Notes: generated from the sequence alone by a model not told the origin. Positions 9,608-19,351 are shown, counted from the first letter of the stretch. The stretch: 45,349 bases of DNA from Desulfonatronovibrionaceae bacterium (GCA_046539845.1 JBKHGE010000017.1:1-45349); one strand, 5' to 3'. Numbers and translations: made by a program.

Positions 9608-10744
9608 ATGTCACAAAACCCCGTATCTATCCCGTTCCAGAACCAGTGCATCCTGTGCGGTCGCTGCCTGGAGGTCTGCCCCCTTTTCCGGACCAAAAAC
9701 AAAGAAGAGCTAAGCCCCCGGTCCAAGGGGCTGTTTCTGCTCGATCTGAACGAAAAAGGCTGCGGGAGTATCGCCGCCCGTAAGCTGGCCGGTTTGTGTC
9801 TATCCTGCGGTCGATGCCAAAAAGCCTGCCCGCAGGGGCTGGACATCCCGGACCTCGTTTCCCGGATCAAGGCCTCTTCCCCGTCCTGGCAAAAATTCAT
9901 GTGGAAGGAGATAAACCGCGGTCTGCCGGTTTTGCTCCCTGCCCTGTCCCGGACCAGGGGTCTTGTCCCCGCCCCTGGGGGGCTAAAGCCTTATGCACAG
10001 GCGCTCAGACGCACCAGACCCGAACCAATCTTCCGGATCACCGGAGACCAGGGACTTCAGGGTCAAAAATTCTTTCTCTTTCCCGGCTGCCTGGCTAAAA
10101 ACTCCTGGCCGTGGCTCGGACAGGTGGCCCGGGATATTTTAGAGATGCGCGGGGCAGAGGTATTGGACGACCCGGGCTGGTCCTGCTGCGGCTACTCCCT
10201 GGCAAGCGCCGGGCTAAGGGAGCAGGCCGAAAACGGGCTTAAAAAAAACATCCTTAAATGGAAACAGGCCGGGCGGCCAAAGATAGCTGTCTTCTGCGCC
10301 ACCTGCTTCCAGGGGCTGGGCTCGGCCGCGAAGCTGGGCCCGGATGCTCCGGGAAGCGAGGCCTTTGCCCAAAGCATAATTTATCTGCCGGATATTTTGT
10401 CCGGGATTGAGGCTGTTCCCCGCACACAAGCCCCCCCGGACATATTCTGGCATGTTCCCTGCCACGCCCCGGCAAAAGAGCATATCCCCGAACCGGTTCC
10501 CTGCCTTGAAAAGGCGGGGACAGCAGTCCGGGTGGAGAAAGATTCCTGCTGCGGGTTGGGCGGATCAATGCTTTTGGAGGACATGGGGCTCTGCTCCAGT
10601 GTGGCCCAAGATTTCTGGACAAAGACGAAAGAGTTGAAAGACCCCCTGGTGGTCACCGCCTGCAGCGGCTGCGTTTTGCAGCTCACCGCCACCCGGCCGG
10701 GAAACAGGCAGGTAATACACTGGCTGGAACTTTTTAATGTCTAA
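9608..10744 (+). CDS. (Fe-S)-binding oxidoreductase subunit, GlcF/GlpC-like (2x[4Fe-4S] plus CCG domains)
   Basis: CILCGRCLEVCP, CLSCGRCQKACP, FPGC, SCCG, CATC, HVPCH, SCCG, ACSGC. Confidence 0.85.
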   Translation: MSQNPVSIPFQNQCILCGRCLEVCPLFRTKNKEELSPRSKGLFLLDLNEKGCGSIAARKLAGLCLSCGRCQKACPQGLDIPDLVSRIKASSPSWQKFMWKEINRGLPVLLPALSRTRGLVPAPGGLKPYAQALRRTRPEPIFRITGDQGLQGQKFFLFPGCLAKNSWPWLGQVARDILEMRGAEVLDDPGWSCCGYSLASAGLREQAENGLKKNILKWKQAGRPKIAVFCATCFQGLGSAAKLGPDAPGSEAFAQSIIYLPDILSGIEAVPRTQAPPDIFWHVPCHAPAKEHIPEPVPCLEKAGTAVRVEKDSCCGLGGSMLLEDMGLCSSVAQDFWTKTKELKDPLVVTACSGCVLQLTATRPGNRQVIHWLELFNV

Positions 10745-10913
10745 CCCGGCCTTCTCCGGATAGAGCTGCTTCTCGCGTCTGGTACTTATTTTATTGGCTC
10801 CTCGACAAAATAAGTGCATCTTTTATCTCTTCGCCTGCACCCTTTACCGGGGCCCCAAAATACCAGGCGGAGGAAATCCACAGCAAACGTCGAGGCTCCA
10901 AAACTCCGCCCAT

Positions 10914-11735
10914 CTATTTGTTCTTGACCCTGGGATCCAAGATATCGCGCAGGCTCTCACCCAAGAGATTATAACCCAAAACAGTGATAAGGATGCACAG
11001 CCCGGGGAAAACCGAGAGCCAAGGGGCGATCTCCAGGACATCCTTGCCCTCCATGAGCATATTCCCCCAGCTCGGGGTCGGGGGCTGGACCCCGAGACCC
11101 AGAAAGCTCAAAGCGGACTCGGTCAAGATGGCCGCGGCCACTCCCAGGGTGGCCGAGACAAGCACCGGTGGCAGGGCGTTGGGCAGGATGTGCACGAGGA
11201 GGATCCTCCGCAGCCCGGCCCCGCATAGCCTGGCGGACTGAACGAACTCCCTCTCCCGCAGAGAAAGGGTCTCGGCCCGGACCAAGCGGGCCACTCCCAT
11301 CCAGGAAGTAAGCCCGATGACAATCATGATATTGTTCAGACTCGGCTCTAGAAAGGCAATCACCGCCAGGATGAGAAAAAAGGCCGGGAAACAGAGCATG
11401 ATGTCCACAAAGCGCATAATGATCTCGTCCACTATCCCCCCGAAATATCCGGCCACAAGACCGAAGAATATCCCCATCGCCGAGGAGATACCCACGGCAA
11501 TGAAGCCCACCCACAGGGAGATACGCGCCCCGTGCAGGACCCGGGCCAAAACATCCCGGCCCAGGGCGTCCGTGCCCAGAGGATGGGCGGCCGAGGGGGA
11601 TTGAAGAAGGGAGTTAACATCAATGGCGCACGGGTCCGAGGTAATAATCGGGGCCAGGGCCGCGGCCAGGCTCATGCCCAAAACAATGGCCCCGCCCAGA
11701 CCGAACAAAAGGTACCTGCCTCTGAATATGCGCAT
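10914..11735 (-). CDS. Peptide/nickel ABC transporter permease (OppC/DppC-like)
   Basis: HPLGTDALGRDVLARV..GARISL, EFVQSAR, HILPN, ESALSFLGLG, SWGNM. Confidence 0.92.
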   Translation of the reverse strand: MRIFRGRYLLFGLGGAIVLGMSLAAALAPIITSDPCAIDVNSLLQSPSAAHPLGTDALGRDVLARVLHGARISLWVGFIAVGISSAMGIFFGLVAGYFGGIVDEIIMRFVDIMLCFPAFFLILAVIAFLEPSLNNIMIVIGLTSWMGVARLVRAETLSLREREFVQSARLCGAGLRRILLVHILPNALPPVLVSATLGVAAAILTESALSFLGLGVQPPTPSWGNMLMEGKDVLEIAPWLSVFPGLCILITVLGYNLLGESLRDILDPRVKNK

Positions 11736-12730
11736 CAATCCCCGCCTTTTATCCTTATCCTGGGGTCGGCCAGGGAATAAGCGAAATCAGCCAGCAGGTT
11801 CCCGACCAAGGTCAGCAGGGCTCCCAGGACCAAATTGCCCATGACCAGGGGGTAGTCCCGGGCCATGACCGCCTCGTAGAACAGCTTGCCCAGCCCGGGC
11901 AGGGCGAACACGGATTCGATGATCACGCTGCCGCCGATAAGCGTGGGCACGGAGAGACCCAGGATGGTTATCACCGGCAAAAGGGCGTTTTTCAAGGCGT
12001 GTTTGAAGACCACGGTATGCATGGGCAGGCCCTTGGCCCTGGCGGTCAGGATATAGTCCTGGCGCAGGACCTCGAGCATGGAGGTACGCATGTACCTGGA
12101 CATGCCGGCCAGCCCGGTTATGGTAAAGACAAAAACGGGCAGGGCCAAGTGTCGGGCCAAGTCCCAGCATTTGCCCCAGAAGCCCATCTGTTCGAAGCCG
12201 AGCGAGGTCAGCCCGGAAATAGGAAAAAGGGGCAGGTATATCCCCAGCCAGAGCATGAGTAATAAGGCCAGCCAGAAACCGGGAACGGCAAATCCGATAA
12301 ACACCAGCACGGTCATGGTCCGGTCAAACCAGGAATCCTGGTAGAGGGCGGAATACACCCCAATGGGAATGGAAAGCCCCAAAATCAAAATCATAGAAAT
12401 AATGTTAATGGACAGGGTCAGGGGAAGCCTTTCTTTTATCTTGTCCCATACCGGGCGGTGGTCTCCGCTCATGGAGCGGCCGAAGTCCAGGCGGACCACT
12501 CGGCTCAGCCAGTTGGCGTATTGCACGTAAATCGGCTCGTCCAGGCCATAAATCTTCTCCAGCTTGGCCCTGGCGGCCGCGCCGGCCATGGGGTTCATGG
12601 TGGTCTGCATGTCCGTAGGGGTGCCGGGGGCAAGATGGATGACCCAGAAGCTGAGCACGGTAATACCCATAAACACCACGCCCAGCCACAAGAGCTTAAA
12701 CAGGACACGTTTGGCAAGGTTTACGAGCAT
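11735..12730 (-). CDS. Peptide/nickel ABC transporter permease (OppB/DppB-like)
   Basis: YGLDEP, DFGRS, DYILTARAKGL, KHALKNA, IESVF, RDYP, DPRI. Start placed at MLVNL. Confidence 0.92.
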   Translation of the reverse strand: MLVNLAKRVLFKLLWLGVVFMGITVLSFWVIHLAPGTPTDMQTTMNPMAGAAARAKLEKIYGLDEPIYVQYANWLSRVVRLDFGRSMSGDHRPVWDKIKERLPLTLSINIISMILILGLSIPIGVYSALYQDSWFDRTMTVLVFIGFAVPGFWLALLLMLWLGIYLPLFPISGLTSLGFEQMGFWGKCWDLARHLALPVFVFTITGLAGMSRYMRTSMLEVLRQDYILTARAKGLPMHTVVFKHALKNALLPVITILGLSVPTLIGGSVIIESVFALPGLGKLFYEAVMARDYPLVMGNLVLGALLTLVGNLLADFAYSLADPRIRIKGGD

Positions 12731-12798
12731 GCAGATATTTCCAGCCGGCAAAATAACAGGACAATCAACCAAATTATTGGCATCCCGGCAAAGCCTTC

Positions 12799-13794
12799 CT
12801 ACTCGTATTTAAGGGCCCGGGTCATGAGCTCCCGCACTGCAACTTCCGGAGGCTTGTCTTCGAACAAAACCGCGTACACCTGTTCGGAGATGGGCAAATC
12901 AACCCCTCTTTCCCGGCCCAGGGCATGCACCGCCTCTGCGGTCTTGACCCCTTCGGCGACCATGTTCATCTCCTCCAGTATCTCCTTAAGGCGCATGCCC
13001 CGGCCGATTTTGAGCCCCACTTGGCGGTTGCGACTCAGATCACCGGTGCAGGTCAAAACCAGATCACCCATGCCGGCCAGCCCCATATAGGTCCTGGCCC
13101 GGGCCCCCAGGGCCTCGCCCAGGCGGCTCATCTCGGCCAGTCCCCTGGTTATGAGCGCGGCCCGGGCATCGTGGCCAAAGCCCAGACCGTCGGAGATGCC
13201 CGCGGCAATGGCCATAACATTCTTCAGGGCCCCCCCCAGTTCCACGCCGCGAAAGTCCTCGTTTACATAGACCCGGAAAGACTCGGCGGACAGACGCTTC
13301 TGTAGCCTTTGGCCCAGCTCCGGGTCCGGGCAACCCAAAGACACTGCGGTGGGTAGACGGCGGCTCACCTCGGCGGCAAAGGAAGGCCCGGAAATCACCG
13401 CATACTTGGGGTTTTTGCCCTGCAGGCTCTCGGCCACCACTTTGGACATGGGACTCATGGTAGACTGTTCAATGCCCTTGCTGGCGCAGACCAGGACCGG
13501 GTCGTCCGGGAACTCCCCGGCCACACTCTCCAACACCCGGCGCATAAACTGGCAGGGAACGACGATGAGATATACATCCGCCCCGCGCATGGCCTCCGGG
13601 AGCTGCGGGGTGATCTGTAGGGAGGGGTGAAGGGCCTTCCCGGGCAGAAAGCGTGTATTTTCCCTTTTGGCGAGCATCTCTTCGGCCAGGTCAGTCTCCC
13701 GGACCCAGAGATGCACATTCTCCCCTTTTTCCGCCAGCATATCAGCCAGGGTAGTCCCCCAGCTCCCGCCCCCGAAAACAGCTATCTTGCTCAT
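12799..13794 (-). CDS. gpsA: NAD(P)H-dependent glycerol-3-phosphate dehydrogenase
   Basis: GGGSWGT, ASKGIE, SGPSFA, GGALKNV, GDLVLTC..SRN. GGAGGAG RBS before MSKIAV. Confidence 0.96.
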   Translation of the reverse strand: MSKIAVFGGGSWGTTLADMLAEKGENVHLWVRETDLAEEMLAKRENTRFLPGKALHPSLQITPQLPEAMRGADVYLIVVPCQFMRRVLESVAGEFPDDPVLVCASKGIEQSTMSPMSKVVAESLQGKNPKYAVISGPSFAAEVSRRLPTAVSLGCPDPELGQRLQKRLSAESFRVYVNEDFRGVELGGALKNVMAIAAGISDGLGFGHDARAALITRGLAEMSRLGEALGARARTYMGLAGMGDLVLTCTGDLSRNRQVGLKIGRGMRLKEILEEMNMVAEGVKTAEAVHALGRERGVDLPISEQVYAVLFEDKPPEVAVRELMTRALKYE

Positions 13795-13959
13795 TTCTCC
13801 TCCGTGGTTGTCCAAACGCCTCAATCAGTCCCGGACATATTCGGCAAGCCTCCCGCGGTCATTCGCCAAGTCCGGCTATTGGGCCATCAACCCATTGGTC
13901 TCCCGGCTGATCGGCTTGCCGGGCACCTTGCGGTCATCCCTCCCGCTCGAGTGGTAACC

Positions 13960-13988
13960 AAAATATAGTCCCCGGCCCCGGGCGTCAA
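13960..13988 (-). promoter_or_regulatory. Candidate sigma70 promoter for the gpsA operon
   Basis: TTGACG-N17-TATTTT on the minus strand, implying a 5' leader of about 160 nt. Confidence 0.5.
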
Positions 13989-14111
13989 CTTCCCTCGGAA
14001 AAGGATTTTGCCCACCCGCGGCCAGATTCCCGGCAAAAAAAGCCGGCCCCTGCGGGCCGGAGCCGGCAGCGGCCCTTGCGCAGCGCCGCACATAAGTATA
14101 CAATCCAGGGC

Positions 14112-14606
14112 ATGGAGTACAGTAAAGACAATTATCCCCAATTCAATTCCCGGGAGCGGACCATCCTGAATATCGTGCAAAAAACCCTTCCCGACTCCCC
14201 GGTCCCTTTCCGGGAAATCGCCAAGCAGGCCGGGACTACAGAACAGGAGGTCCTGGATCTTCTGCGGTCTCTCAAGGACCAGGGGTATATCCGCAGGTTC
14301 GGGGCCACGCTCCGGCACCAGCAGGCCGGATACGGACACAACGCCATGGTGGCCTGGTTTGTGGAGGAGGAACGGGACATGGACCTAGTGGGCCGGATAA
14401 TGGCCGCCCGTCCGGAAGTCACCCATTGCTACCAGCGCCGCAACTGCCTGGACTGGCCCTATAACCTATACACCATGATCCACGGTCAGAACAAAAACGA
14501 TTGCCTCCGCGTGGTCCGCGAGCTCTGCCAGGAGACGGGCGTGCACCAGTACGAGATACTGACCAGCCTCAAGGAACTCAAAAAGACCTCCATGCAGTAC
14601 TTCTAA
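14112..14606 (+). CDS. ahbB: Siroheme decarboxylase beta subunit (Lrp/AsnC-like, alternative haem pathway)
   Basis: IRRFGATLRH, NAMVAW, VTHCYQR, WPYNLYTMIHG, ELKKTSM. Confidence 0.88.
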   Translation: MEYSKDNYPQFNSRERTILNIVQKTLPDSPVPFREIAKQAGTTEQEVLDLLRSLKDQGYIRRFGATLRHQQAGYGHNAMVAWFVEEERDMDLVGRIMAARPEVTHCYQRRNCLDWPYNLYTMIHGQNKNDCLRVVRELCQETGVHQYEILTSLKELKKTSMQYF

Positions 14607-14641
14607 AGGCCCGGCTCCACGGGCCGTTTTTGACCTTTTTT
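14605..14641 (+). terminator. Intrinsic terminator after ahbB
   Basis: GGCCCG-gctcca-CGGGCC hairpin followed by T-runs. Confidence 0.6.
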
Positions 14642-14908
14642 GGCTCAGCCCACCCTGCTCTGAAGCCGCAGACGAACCGATCCCTTTGTACTTTCCATTT
14701 TTCCGCTCCGTTGCCCGCTTGGCATAGCCCGCTACCCTCAATGGGAACAAAGCGGGGTCAAGAAAACAGGCAGGCCCTCCGTTAAAAACAGACAAAAGAA
14801 TCAGGCGCCTTCTTCAAGCCTCGAGAAACCTCTTTTCAAGGCCGACTAAACAGGGCTTCTCACCTGGCAATCAAACCCGTCAAATATCGCCCTGCAGTAA
14901 ATATCTGT

Positions 14909-14952
14909 TTGTCCCGGTCTGAAAATAAGGGTATAATTGTTAGTATATACTA
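14909..14952 (+). promoter_or_regulatory. Sigma70 promoter with a palindromic operator candidate at the start site
   Basis: TTGTCC(14909)-N17-TATAAT(14932). Perfect palindrome TAGTATATACTA at 14941-14952. Confidence 0.65.
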
Positions 14953-14988
14953 CCCCCTCAGCTTCATTTCTTTTATAAGGAGGACGTC

Positions 14989-15866
14989 ATGCTCATCACA
15001 TCCCGGTCTGTGTTTTTGCCCCTGCTCCTCTGCCTGGTCTTTATTGCCGGCCTGGCCGGAGCAGAGGAGCCGGTCACCGTGGTCGGCACAGCCCCCATAA
15101 CCGCAGGCCAGTCCCAGGCCAAGCAGCAGGCCCTGGAGCAGGCCCTGCGCGCGGCGGTGGAAAAGGGCGTGGGTACCCTTATTGATTCCAAAACCACGGT
15201 GGAGAACTATCAGGTCCTTTCGGATAAAATCTATTCCCAGGCCTCGGGATACGTGAATAAGTACGACGTATTGTCCGAGGGGCCATCCCCGGACGGGAGC
15301 ATGTATTCAACCACTATCCAGGCGGTGGTGTCCGCGGCCAATATTTCGACGGGATCACCGTGGAAGTGGATCTGCGCACGGTAGCCCCGGCCACTGCGGA
15401 CATGATCGCCCAGAAACACGGGGATTTGTATGTACGGACCCAAAAAATCGAGAGTGACTACTACGAAGATATGACGGCCGCCAAGGCCGCGGACAAGGTG
15501 GGCAAGGCAGTGGCAGAAAGCCTGGTCGGGGACACGGTGGCCTATTTCGAGCGCCAGATCCACGGCGGGGCCAGATTTGACCTGTGGTTCAAAAATTTTT
15601 CCGAATCCGAGATCTACGATATATACGAGGTGCTGGAGGACATTAGCGGGGTCAAGGACCTAAACATCCGGCAGCAGTCCCCGGGGAACTTCCAGGTGGA
15701 CGTCAACTATCAGGGCAAGAAATTCAACTTCCAGCGCAGCCTGCACCAGGGCCTAAAGAGCCGGGACATCCCCTTCCAAACCCAACAGGCCAAGGGAAAC
15801 AGGTTTCTGTTCTTTAAGCAAGGCACGGACAATCCGTTTGCCGAGGAAAACATAACCGTGCAATAG
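14989..15866 (+). pseudogene. Exported FlgT-N-domain protein, split into two frames (14989-15384 and about 15339-15866)
   Basis: AGGAGG RBS, signal peptide and AKQQALEQALRAAVEKGVG FlgT-N-like motif. Frame 1 ends in an implausible tail while another frame continues QYFDGITVEVDLR with no RBS. Confidence 0.6.
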
Positions 15867-15876
15867 GAGGATAAAA

Positions 15877-16628
15877 ATGCCGCCCAAAACTTTTATCCTG
15901 CGGCTGATAATGACAGGCCTGTTTCTGTCCGGGCTCGGTCTCATCTATGCCTGCGCCCCCAAGACCAAAATCGATGCGGTGAGACCGGCAGAGGTCAGCC
16001 TGCCCGGGGTGCGCACTCTGGCTGTTTTGCCGTTCAGGGGGGACTGCGGGGAGCAGGTCCGGGAGGGCTTCTATCACCAACTGGATGAAGTGCGCCATTT
16101 CTCTCTTATCGATATGAGCCAGAGCAACGCCTTGGACAAAGTGCAGTGGGAGCAGATGGATGACCCCAGACATATGCCAGGATTCAACCAAATCCAGGCC
16201 GATGCGGCTATAACCGCATACACCGCAAGCCAGATTGAGGATGTGCAGGGCACTGACCAGGTCCAGATGGAGGAGGGGACCGGGCGCTACCGCAAAGTGA
16301 AAAAGGAGAACTTCTTCACCGGGGAGGAATACTTTGAGAACGAGGAGATAATGCGCACCGTGATCAAGCCGGTCCCTTATGTGCTCCGCTCCGCCTCCCT
16401 GACCGCCTCCATGAAGGTTATAGACCTGGACAGCAAACGAATCCTGGCCACGAAAAAATCACTGCGCTCTTCAAAGAGAAATACGGGGGTAAGCGGGAAA
16501 ACAGCCCTTTGTTTTCCTCGAAGCAATCCAAAGGCATAAACGAACTGCCCACCAGGGAGGGCACCAAGGACCAGCTCGCCCGGCAGGCGGCGGGGTGCAG
16601 GTGTACTGAGATATCCCGGCGCTATTGA
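15877..16628 (+). pseudogene. Lipoprotein (CsgG/TolB-N-like LAVLPF domain) with an apparent frameshift at an A6 run
   Basis: AGGAGG RBS, lipobox LIYA-C, LAVLPF. The annotated frame stops at 16539. Adding one A at 16453-16458 gives ITALFKEKYGG...LPTREGTKDQLARQAA through to TGA 16628. Confidence 0.55.
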
Positions 16629-16630
16629 AG

Positions 16631-16670
16631 ACATAAAAAAGGCGGCCCGCAGTGGCCGCCTTTTTTATGT
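16631..16670. terminator. Bidirectional intrinsic terminator
   Basis: Perfect 17-bp inverted repeat ACATAAAAAAGGCGGCC / GGCCGCCTTTTTTATGT between convergent genes. Confidence 0.9.
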
Positions 16671-16706
16671 CCGCCCGGTAACCGGATTCAACCCCTTGTC
16701 CCGGGA

Positions 16707-18731
16707 CTATTTCTGCATATCCTCGATTATCTTTTTCAGCTTGGAGGCCAGATCGGCCAGGGTGGTCACTGCCTCGTTGCTCTGGGACATGGAGTCCGCG
16801 ATCTCTCCGGCGATGCGGTTGATCTGGTCCGTGGAGTTGTTTATCTCCTCGCTGGCCGAGGACTGCTGCTCGGAAGCGGTGGCAATATTGCGCACCTGAT
16901 CCGAGGTCTTTTCCACCATGGACACTATCTCCTTGAACACCTCTCCAGAGGAGTTGCTCTTTTCCGTTCCCTGTTCAATGATCTTGACCGTTTCCTCGGT
17001 GTTGGCCATATTCTTCTGGGCGCTCTCCTGGATATTGCCCACGTAGTTGGCCACCTCCTTGGTCGCGCCCATGGTCTTCTCCGCAAGTTTTCTGACCTCG
17101 TCCGCGACCACGGCAAAGCCGCGGCCGGCCTCTCCGGCCCGGGCGGCCTCAATGGCCGCATTCAGAGCCAGCAGATTGGTCTGGTCGGCTATGTCCTCAA
17201 TGGTGGTAATGATATTCCCGATCCCCTCGGCCTGGTTTTCCAGACCTTTCATGTTCTCGGCCAGATCATTGGCCTGCCTGGAGACCTGGTTGATAAGGCT
17301 TATGGCCTCCTCCACCACGCGCAGACCCTCCTCGGCCTTCTCCTTGGTTGAATCCGCAAGTTCAGCTGACTCGGAGGCGTTCTTAGCCACCTCCAGGACG
17401 GTGGCGTTCATCTCCTCCATGGCAGTAGCCGCATCTCCGGTCATAGACCGCTGGTTCTCTGTACCCCTGTTGGCCTCTTCTATCTGGGAGGAAAGTTCCT
17501 CTGCCGCCGAGGAGACCTGCATGGAGACCTCGTTGGCTTCTTCAGCCGCTCGGGCTATGACCTGATTCTGAGCCTCGATTTTCTTCTGCTGCTTCTTGAT
17601 ATCCGTAAGATCGGTCATGACCACGAATGCCCCGAGCATCCTCCCGTCCAGGTCGCGCAAGGGGGCAATCTCGGACTGGACCTCTTTTTCCTCTTTACTA
17701 TCGGTCTTAAGGGTGTTCTGCTTGCCGTAAAGCGGCTCACCGCTTTCCAGCACCTGGCTTATATAGCCCTGGATCTCGCCCTGATTGCAGATGAACTCGC
17801 CAACTCCCCGGCCTTTTTGCTCCTCAAGCTTCCCTTCCCAGCCCATGAGCTCGAGCATGGGCTTATTCGTCGAGGTTATGTTCTCTTTGGTGTCGCAGAC
17901 AAAGAAAGGCAGGGGCATACCGCTCAAAATCCCCTTGGAAAAACCCAGCTCCTGCTTCAGCTGCCCGACCATCATGGACAGATTGTCCGCCAGCTTGCCC
18001 AACTCGTCTTTGTTTTTGACATGGAAATCAGCGTTGAAATCTCCGCCGGCCACCTGGTCGCTGGCAGCGGACAGATGGGTAATGGGCGCGATCACCCCTT
18101 TGCGGAAAAACAAATTCAAGGCCAAAACCAGCAAGACCAGGGCTGCGGCACATATCCCGCCAATGGCAAAGATCTCGGCCTGCATCCGGCCCACGCTCCC
18201 GCTCACGTCCTGGACCACCACCAGCTCGCCTAGGATATCGTGAGCTTTGCCGTGACAGTGACGGCAGGAAGGGGAGTTCTCAATGGACATGGTCCGGACG
18301 AACACGTCCTTATCATCCATTGTGGTCAAGGCGGAATCCTCGAACTTTTCCTCCAGGGCGCTCCGATTCATCTCGGCAATTTTTTCTCTTTCCAGGACCT
18401 CAAACACGTCCTTGCGTTCTGCGCTCTTGTCCGTGCTGTAAGTAATGCTGCCTTCGTAATCGGTCAGATAAATGGACACCCCGGAAAAGCTCTCTCCCAG
18501 TCTCTTAAATTCCTCCCGGGTCCCTTCATCGTCACCGACTATCATCGGCCTTTCAATGGACATGTACAAAGTCTGGGAGAACTGGGTCATGTCATCTTCC
18601 AGCTGTTCGGTCATCATCTGCTTCTGCAAAACAGCCATCACAATGATGATCACGGCAAACACGAACACGCTGACCAGGCTGACCAGAAGGGCGGTCTTAT
18701 AACTTAACTTTCGGCTGAACAGTCTGAACAT
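16707..18731 (-). CDS. Methyl-accepting chemotaxis protein with periplasmic c-type haem motif, HAMP and PAS (DcrA-like)
   Basis: Two TM helices, periplasmic CRHCH, HAMP DELGKLA, PAS-like region, [38 protein letters not shown]. Confidence 0.93.
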   Translation of the reverse strand: MFRLFSRKLSYKTALLVSLVSVFVFAVIIIVMAVLQKQMMTEQLEDDMTQFSQTLYMSIERPMIVGDDEGTREEFKRLGESFSGVSIYLTDYEGSITYSTDKSAERKDVFEVLEREKIAEMNRSALEEKFEDSALTTMDDKDVFVRTMSIENSPSCRHCHGKAHDILGELVVVQDVSGSVGRMQAEIFAIGGICAAALVLLVLALNLFFRKGVIAPITHLSAASDQVAGGDFNADFHVKNKDELGKLADNLSMMVGQLKQELGFSKGILSGMPLPFFVCDTKENITSTNKPMLELMGWEGKLEEQKGRGVGEFICNQGEIQGYISQVLESGEPLYGKQNTLKTDSKEEKEVQSEIAPLRDLDGRMLGAFVVMTDLTDIKKQQKKIEAQNQVIARAAEEANEVSMQVSSAAEELSSQIEEANRGTENQRSMTGDAATAMEEMNATVLEVAKNASESAELADSTKEKAEEGLRVVEEAISLINQVSRQANDLAENMKGLENQAEGIGNIITTIEDIADQTNLLALNAAIEAARAGEAGRGFAVVADEVRKLAEKTMGATKEVANYVGNIQESAQKNMANTEETVKIIEQGTEKSNSSGEVFKEIVSMVEKTSDQVRNIATASEQQSSASEEINNSTDQINRIAGEIADSMSQSNEAVTTLADLASKLKKIIEDMQK

Positions 18732-18740
18732 GGTCCCTCC

Positions 18741-19199
18741 TTAGTGTACGCCGCCGTATATCAGGGGCTTGAAATTGAAATCCTCGACCCGGGCCTCGTT
18801 ATGGCAGCGTTGACAATCCTCCTGGGAGATCCTGTCCTTGATCGCGGCCGGATCCCCTCCGGTCTCCACATGCTCCTCGCCGGGACCGTGACAGGTCTCA
18901 CAGCCCACATCCGCAAGCTCCGGGGTTTCTTCATAGGAGACAAACCCGCCGCGTTCATAGCCGGTGGTATGGCACTCCAGGCACTCCTTGAATTCCGAAT
19001 CCTTGAGCTTGGGCCTCATCTTCGTGATGTGCTCCCAGGAATACGGCTTCTTGGAGTACTCCATAAAATTGTCGTACTCATACTCGTGACAATCGCCGCA
19101 GGTCTCAGTGCCCACATAATCCCCTTGGGCCCCGCCAGAAAAGGGAACGCCGAAAACCATAAAGAAAACGGCGGTCAAAAAAATGCATGCACCCTTCAT
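18741..19199 (-). CDS. Periplasmic tetrahaem cytochrome c (c554-like)
   Basis: Signal peptide, YVG, four CxxCH motifs (CGDCH, CLECH, CETCH, CQRCH), GAGGTGAGG RBS. Confidence 0.92.
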   Translation of the reverse strand: MKGACIFLTAVFFMVFGVPFSGGAQGDYVGTETCGDCHEYEYDNFMEYSKKPYSWEHITKMRPKLKDSEFKECLECHTTGYERGGFVSYEETPELADVGCETCHGPGEEHVETGGDPAAIKDRISQEDCQRCHNEARVEDFNFKPLIYGGVH

Positions 19200-19351
19200 A
19201 CCTCACCTCTTCTATTACCGATATGGATGTTTATAAATAAAAAAACATTTTTTACTTTGACCTGCGGGATTTTTCTCCCATAGCGGCTGAACAATTTCAA
19301 GCAGTTTATAAAATTTCTCCGGGAAACAAGCCGCGGCTCATGCCGACCGCA

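Noticed and set aside
13905..13958. Resemblance of GAGCGGGAGGGA...GCCCGGCAA to a SAM-I riboswitch P2 region
   Set aside because: The TTATC/GAT P1 strands and the downstream GGTGC..AATTCC elements are not in the right places, and the downstream gene is gpsA. Kept only as an unassigned structured leader.
14112..14606. Lrp/AsnC transcription regulator call
   Set aside because: The H-x-Y-x-R and YTMIHG motifs fit the AhbB/NirDLGH siroheme decarboxylase family better.
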